DNA from: a virus
Lineage: Duplodnaviria; Heunggongvirae; Uroviricota; Caudoviricetes
Virus record (IMG/VR): IMGVR_UViG_648276647_000019
Location: 1 to 45,585 of that record
DNA length: 45,585 nucleotides
Strand: one strand, 5' to 3'
Shown piece by piece: positions 42,318 to 45,585 of the stretch. The notes under the pieces were generated by a model that searched no databases, was not told where the DNA came from, and saw only the letters and a list, made by a program, of their open reading frames with translations. Position numbers and translations under genes: made by a program. Within the stretch, counting starts at the first letter, position 1, and the number at the start of each line of letters is the position of its first letter.

Positions 42318-42348
42318 CGGAGGCGCTCCGGGACACCGATAAAAGGAA

Positions 42349-42382
42349 ACCCCGGCTTATGCGGAGAAGAGCGTAAGCCGGG
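42349..42382 (+). terminator. Hairpin (10-bp stem CCCCGGCUUA/UAAGCCGGGG) closing the tail-distal operon
   Basis: Long perfect-arm stem read from sequence; weak U-tract. Confidence 0.4.
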
Positions 42383-42572
42383 GCGCTTTGTCGAGCTATC
42401 GAAAAAGGGCGAAACATCCCGCAGGGACACTACAGGATGTTTCTCGTCACACGAATACAGCATAACGACGTCTCTGGAGTGTGCCGTGTGACTGTCAGTA
42501 TTTATCGCTTTTAATCTCCGGGTGATCAAGTGCTTTGCATATTCTGGCCGGGAGATTTCGTAAAGAGACAAA

Positions 42573-42615
42573 AACCGCAGACACGACGTATGCAGGACGT
42601 GCTGCGGTTGGCTGG
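42573..42615 (-). terminator. Minus-strand terminator downstream of dinI
   Basis: Hairpin ACCGCAG...CUGCGGU followed by UUUUUGUCUCUUU on the minus strand. Confidence 0.45.
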
Positions 42616-42675
42616 TGAACTTTCGATAGTGCGAGTATTGAATGATTTCCAGCCGTTACCGATTTTACGTGTTTA

Positions 42676-42924
42676 TTAGTGAACAAACCACTCGTCAGCA
42701 GACTCCCAGGTATCTTTCAGAGTCTCCTGAACAAATGTTTTTGCAGAATCCTTATCTGCTGTGCGTGTAACAGAAAGCCCATCATTGCTGGTGGCTTTTA
42801 CGATCACTTCTACATCGTCATAACGCTTACTGATGCGCCGAGTTAATTCTTCCTTTAACGCATCCACAGCACCGTTTGGCATTTTAGTCATTTTCTCTTT
42901 GGCTATGCAGATTTCAATACGCAT
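42676..42924 (-). CDS. dinI: DNA damage-inducible protein I homologue (DinI family)
   Basis: 82 aa with DinI-like ends (MRIEICIAK...[11 protein letters not shown]); tandem LexA boxes upstream. Confidence 0.9.
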   Translation of the reverse strand: MRIEICIAKEKMTKMPNGAVDALKEELTRRISKRYDDVEVIVKATSNDGLSVTRTADKDSAKTFVQETLKDTWESADEWFVH

Positions 42925-42937
42925 AAAAATCCCTCTA

Positions 42938-42985
42938 TACTGTGTTTGTATACAGTGTTATTTTTATCTGTATAAATAAACAGTG
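42938..42985. promoter_or_regulatory. Two tandem LexA (SOS) boxes upstream of dinI
   Basis: TACTGTGTTTGTATACAGTG (42938-42957) and CTGTATAAATAAACAG (42968-42983), both CTG-N10-CAG. Confidence 0.65.
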
Positions 42986-44083
42986 TCAAGAGGTCTTGTT
43001 TCTGCTCTTTTGGAGTTCTTCAAAACGATTATGTAAAGATTTCGGATACAGTTCGGTATATACCTGCCATAGCACGTTTAATGAACGATGCCCTGTAACT
43101 TGAGCGACTTCCTCAATACTAAAACCAGCCTCAAATAAGCGACTTGCCCCTTCTCTACGCAAATCATGGTATCGCAGATCTTTAATACCTAATTTGCTTC
43201 TTACCCTCTGAAATCCTGCGGTAACAGAAGTGCTGTTATATGGAAAAATGAATTCTGATTTTTTTGGTTGTCGCTGGACGATATCCCAGGCTTCCCCAAG
43301 CAAGGCAACTTTCATATGGTTACCTTCCTTTTTACGTGGATCTTTCCTATCTCTTACTAGTATAGATTTTTGTTCTTGGTCGAGATCTTCCCATCGTAAC
43401 CGGCATAATTCTCCGATTCGCATACAGGACCACACAGAAAATTTGAGGATATCAACGAACGGAATTTTTGAGCATTTATGAGTAGATCGTTGTTGAAGGC
43501 CTTCAATGAGCATGTCCAGTTCATCAGATGCTGGTCTACGATTACGACGGTTTGATTTACCAATCAAACCGAGTTTAAGTAGATATGGACGAGCGCTTTT
43601 CGCCGGGTTTGATGTGTAATTGATTCCGTATACAGGTTTTGCCGCATCCAGAACACTGCCAAGATAACTAACATCGTGGCTGACTGTTGCTGGGCCTGCA
43701 CCAGCGTTGTTTCTTAGCCTGCAATGTTCAATTACGTCATTTTCTGTCAGTTCAGATAGTTTGATCGCGGATATGTCACTATCCATAAGCAGTTCCAGCA
43801 CATATCTTTTAGTACGGCCTGCTTTACCTCCGGCATTTGGGTCATTTAAATATTTGTGTAGTAAGTCACGGACTGTAAGTCCATCAACAGCATTTGATGA
43901 TGGAATGCCATATAGATCTAATTCCATCACTTTCTGTGCGCCCCATGTTTTGGCATGAGCATGTTTAGGGAATGTTTTGCTTTCCCTGTAAGTGATAACA
44001 CCTTTTTCTTTGATAATCACATTACAGCGATAGCGTGGTGTGCCATCGGATTTTAGTCGTTTCTCTATGTTATAGTACGCCAT
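42986..44083 (-). CDS. int: Tyrosine-type site-specific integrase (dusA-associated)
   Basis: 365 aa with tyrosine-recombinase catalytic-domain motifs (R...HDLRR...Y near the C-terminus); abuts the dusA 5' end. Confidence 0.95.
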   Translation of the reverse strand: MAYYNIEKRLKSDGTPRYRCNVIIKEKGVITYRESKTFPKHAHAKTWGAQKVMELDLYGIPSSNAVDGLTVRDLLHKYLNDPNAGGKAGRTKRYVLELLMDSDISAIKLSELTENDVIEHCRLRNNAGAGPATVSHDVSYLGSVLDAAKPVYGINYTSNPAKSARPYLLKLGLIGKSNRRNRRPASDELDMLIEGLQQRSTHKCSKIPFVDILKFSVWSCMRIGELCRLRWEDLDQEQKSILVRDRKDPRKKEGNHMKVALLGEAWDIVQRQPKKSEFIFPYNSTSVTAGFQRVRSKLGIKDLRYHDLRREGASRLFEAGFSIEEVAQVTGHRSLNVLWQVYTELYPKSLHNRFEELQKSRNKTS

Positions 44084-44260
44084 TACACGACCTCGTTATT
44101 TCGGGTTCCCATAAAACGTGGGAACCTGTGCGGGAACCTAACGCGAGAAAAATAGCCTGAAATGTTCAAAAATGCACGATAATCCTGAAACACAGAAAAC
44201 TAATCAAACCAGCGTCATGCCTGAAAAAACTGGCGCTTACTGGAGTTCTCGGTTTAGCAT
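44084..44260. other. Approximate prophage right attachment region within the 5' end of dusA
   Basis: Integrase start at 44083 and dusA start at 44172; the dusA N-terminal residues differ from the E. coli K-12 N-terminus as I recall it, while the rest looks native. Confidence 0.4.
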
Positions 44261-45209
44261 TGCTCCTATGCTTGACTGGACGGACAGACATTGCCGTTAT
44301 TTCCTGCGTCTGCTTTCCCGCAATACGTTGCTGTATACCGAAATGGTGACCACAGGGGCGATTATTCACGGTAAAGGTGATTACCTGGCGTACAGTGAAG
44401 AAGAACATCCGGTAGCGTTGCAACTCGGGGGTAGCGATCCGGCGGCGCTGGCACAGTGTGCGAAGCTGGCAGAAGCGCGCGGATATGATGAGATCAACCT
44501 GAATGTCGGCTGCCCGTCTGACCGGGTGCAGAACGGCATGTTTGGTGCGTGTCTGATGGGTAATGCGCAGCTGGTTGCCGACTGCGTGAAAGCGATGCGC
44601 GATGTGGTGTCGATTCCGGTGACGGTGAAAACGCGTATTGGCATCGATGATCAGGACAGCTATGAATTTCTCTGCGATTTCATCAACACCGTTTCCGGCA
44701 AAGGTGAGTGTGAGATGTTCATCATCCACGCACGTAAAGCCTGGCTTTCTGGGTTAAGTCCGAAAGAAAACCGTGAGATCCCGCCGCTCGATTATCCGCG
44801 TGTGTATCAACTGAAGCGTGACTTTCCGCATCTGACGATGTCGATTAACGGTGGTATCAAGTCGCTGGAAGAAGCTAAAGCGCATTTGCAACATATGGAT
44901 GGCGTGATGGTCGGGCGCGAGGCGTATCAGAATCCGGGGATTCTGGCGGCGGTAGACCGAGAGATTTTTGGTTCCTCGGATACCGATGCCGATCCGGTGG
45001 CGGTAGTGCGCGCCATGTATCCGTACATTGAGCGTGAACTCAGCCAGGGGACGTATCTCGGCCATATTACCCGGCATATGCTGGGCTTGTTCCAGGGTAT
45101 TCCTGGCGCGCGGCAGTGGCGACGTTATTTAAGTGAAAATGCCCATAAAGCGGGTGCAGACATTAATGTGCTGGAACACGCGCTCAAACTGGTGGCGGAT
45201 AAGCGTTAA
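44172..45209 (+). CDS. dusA: tRNA-dihydrouridine(20/20a) synthase DusA (host gene; 5' end likely phage-supplied)
   Basis: 345-aa protein with the DusA FMN-binding TIM-barrel sequence; ATG at 44172. Confidence 0.9.
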   Translation: MHDNPETQKTNQTSVMPEKTGAYWSSRFSIAPMLDWTDRHCRYFLRLLSRNTLLYTEMVTTGAIIHGKGDYLAYSEEEHPVALQLGGSDPAALAQCAKLAEARGYDEINLNVGCPSDRVQNGMFGACLMGNAQLVADCVKAMRDVVSIPVTVKTRIGIDDQDSYEFLCDFINTVSGKGECEMFIIHARKAWLSGLSPKENREIPPLDYPRVYQLKRDFPHLTMSINGGIKSLEEAKAHLQHMDGVMVGREAYQNPGILAAVDREIFGSSDTDADPVAVVRAMYPYIERELSQGTYLGHITRHMLGLFQGIPGARQWRRYLSENAHKAGADINVLEHALKLVADKR

Positions 45210-45342
45210 CTTTTCACCAAAAAGTAGTCAAATTCACCACGCCCTGCGCACCGTCGCGGGGCGTTTTGCTGTTAAATCAATAGATTATTTTTGGCATGAT
45301 TCTTGTAATGCCAGCAAGAGATTTCATATTTGGGAGAGCATC

Positions 45343-45585
45343 ATGCTGGAACTACTTTTTGTAATTGGCTTTTTTGTCATGCTGATGGTCACTGGTGTTT
45401 CGTTGCTGGGTATTATCGCCGCGCTGATTGTGGCGACGGCCTTCATGTTCCTCGGCGGTATGCTGGCATTGATGATTAAGTTGCTGCCGTGGCTGCTGTT
45501 GGCGGTTGCGGTGGTGTGGGTGATCAGGGCGATTAAAGCACCAAAAGTGCCGAAATATCAGCATTATGACCGCTGGCGTTACTAA
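45343..45585 (+). CDS. pspG: Phage shock protein G (host gene)
   Basis: 80-aa hydrophobic protein from the internal ATG at 45343; known dusA neighbour in E. coli; the longer ORF from 45133 is rejected. Confidence 0.8.
   Translation: MLELLFVIGFFVMLMVTGVSLLGIIAALIVATAFMFLGGMLALMIKLLPWLLLAVAVVWVIRAIKAPKVPKYQHYDRWRY

Larger units (their letters stand above)
1..44171. mobile_element. Lambdoid prophage (left end outside window) integrated at the 5' end of dusA; gene order early-left, cI/cro, replication, Q, lysis, cos, head, tail, dinI, int, att
   Basis: Contiguous lambda-like modules recognised from translations (cI S24 repressor, RusA, Q, pinholin/SAR endolysin/Rz/Rz1, Nu1/A/W/B/C/D/E/FI/FII/Z/U/V/G/T/H/M/L/K/I/J) and a tyrosine integrase abutting dusA. 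Right boundary approximate. Confidence 0.85.

Noticed and set aside
1-45585. tRNA, tmRNA or rRNA genes
   Set aside because: No T-loop-like GGTTCGAATCC-type motifs with matching acceptor stems were found by eye, in particular in the Q-to-lysis region where lambdoid phages sometimes carry tRNAs; absence is by inspection only.
45133-45585. 150-aa ORF version of pspG
   Set aside because: The N-terminal 70 codons run through the dusA-pspG intergenic region; the conserved hydrophobic PspG-like protein begins at the internal ATG at 45343.

Overview
Almost the entire window (about 1-44170) is a lambda-like (lambdoid) prophage, read here from its early-left region to its right attachment end inside the host tRNA-dihydrouridine synthase gene dusA; host dusA and pspG follow. 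All calls are from reading the ORF translations and DNA by eye and from recalled family knowledge; no searches or computations were run. Layout: minus-strand early-left genes (methyltransferase, HD-domain protein, DUF2303-like protein and others resembling the E. coli CPS-53 yfdP-yfdS cluster), a lambda-style immunity switch (S24-peptidase cI repressor, apparently leaderless, divergent from a cro-like gene, GTAC-core operators), three tandem rha-family regulator units, a replication initiator with internal iterons, Dam methylase, a LexA-DNA-binding-domain-only protein, rusA, a LexA-box-controlled KilA-N antirepressor-like gene, antiterminator Q, then a lysis cassette (pinholin, SAR endolysin, Rz/Rz1), a lambda-like cos site, and a near-complete lambda-type head and tail gene set (Nu1 through J), followed by four unassigned tail-distal genes, dinI and a dusA-specific-type integrase. 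Most worth a second look: (1) a lower-GC two-gene minus-strand module in the Q-to-lysis moron slot (313-aa soluble protein plus 4-TM membrane protein) that looks like a candidate anti-phage defence system; (2) the three rha units, each preceded by about 200-300 nt that is conserved at nucleotide level, carries a terminator-like hairpin and tetraloop hairpins with compensatory changes, yet stays open in frame; (3) heavy SOS wiring (LexA boxes on the antirepressor and dinI, plus a LexA-DBD-only protein). No tRNA, rRNA, CRISPR array or IS element was seen.
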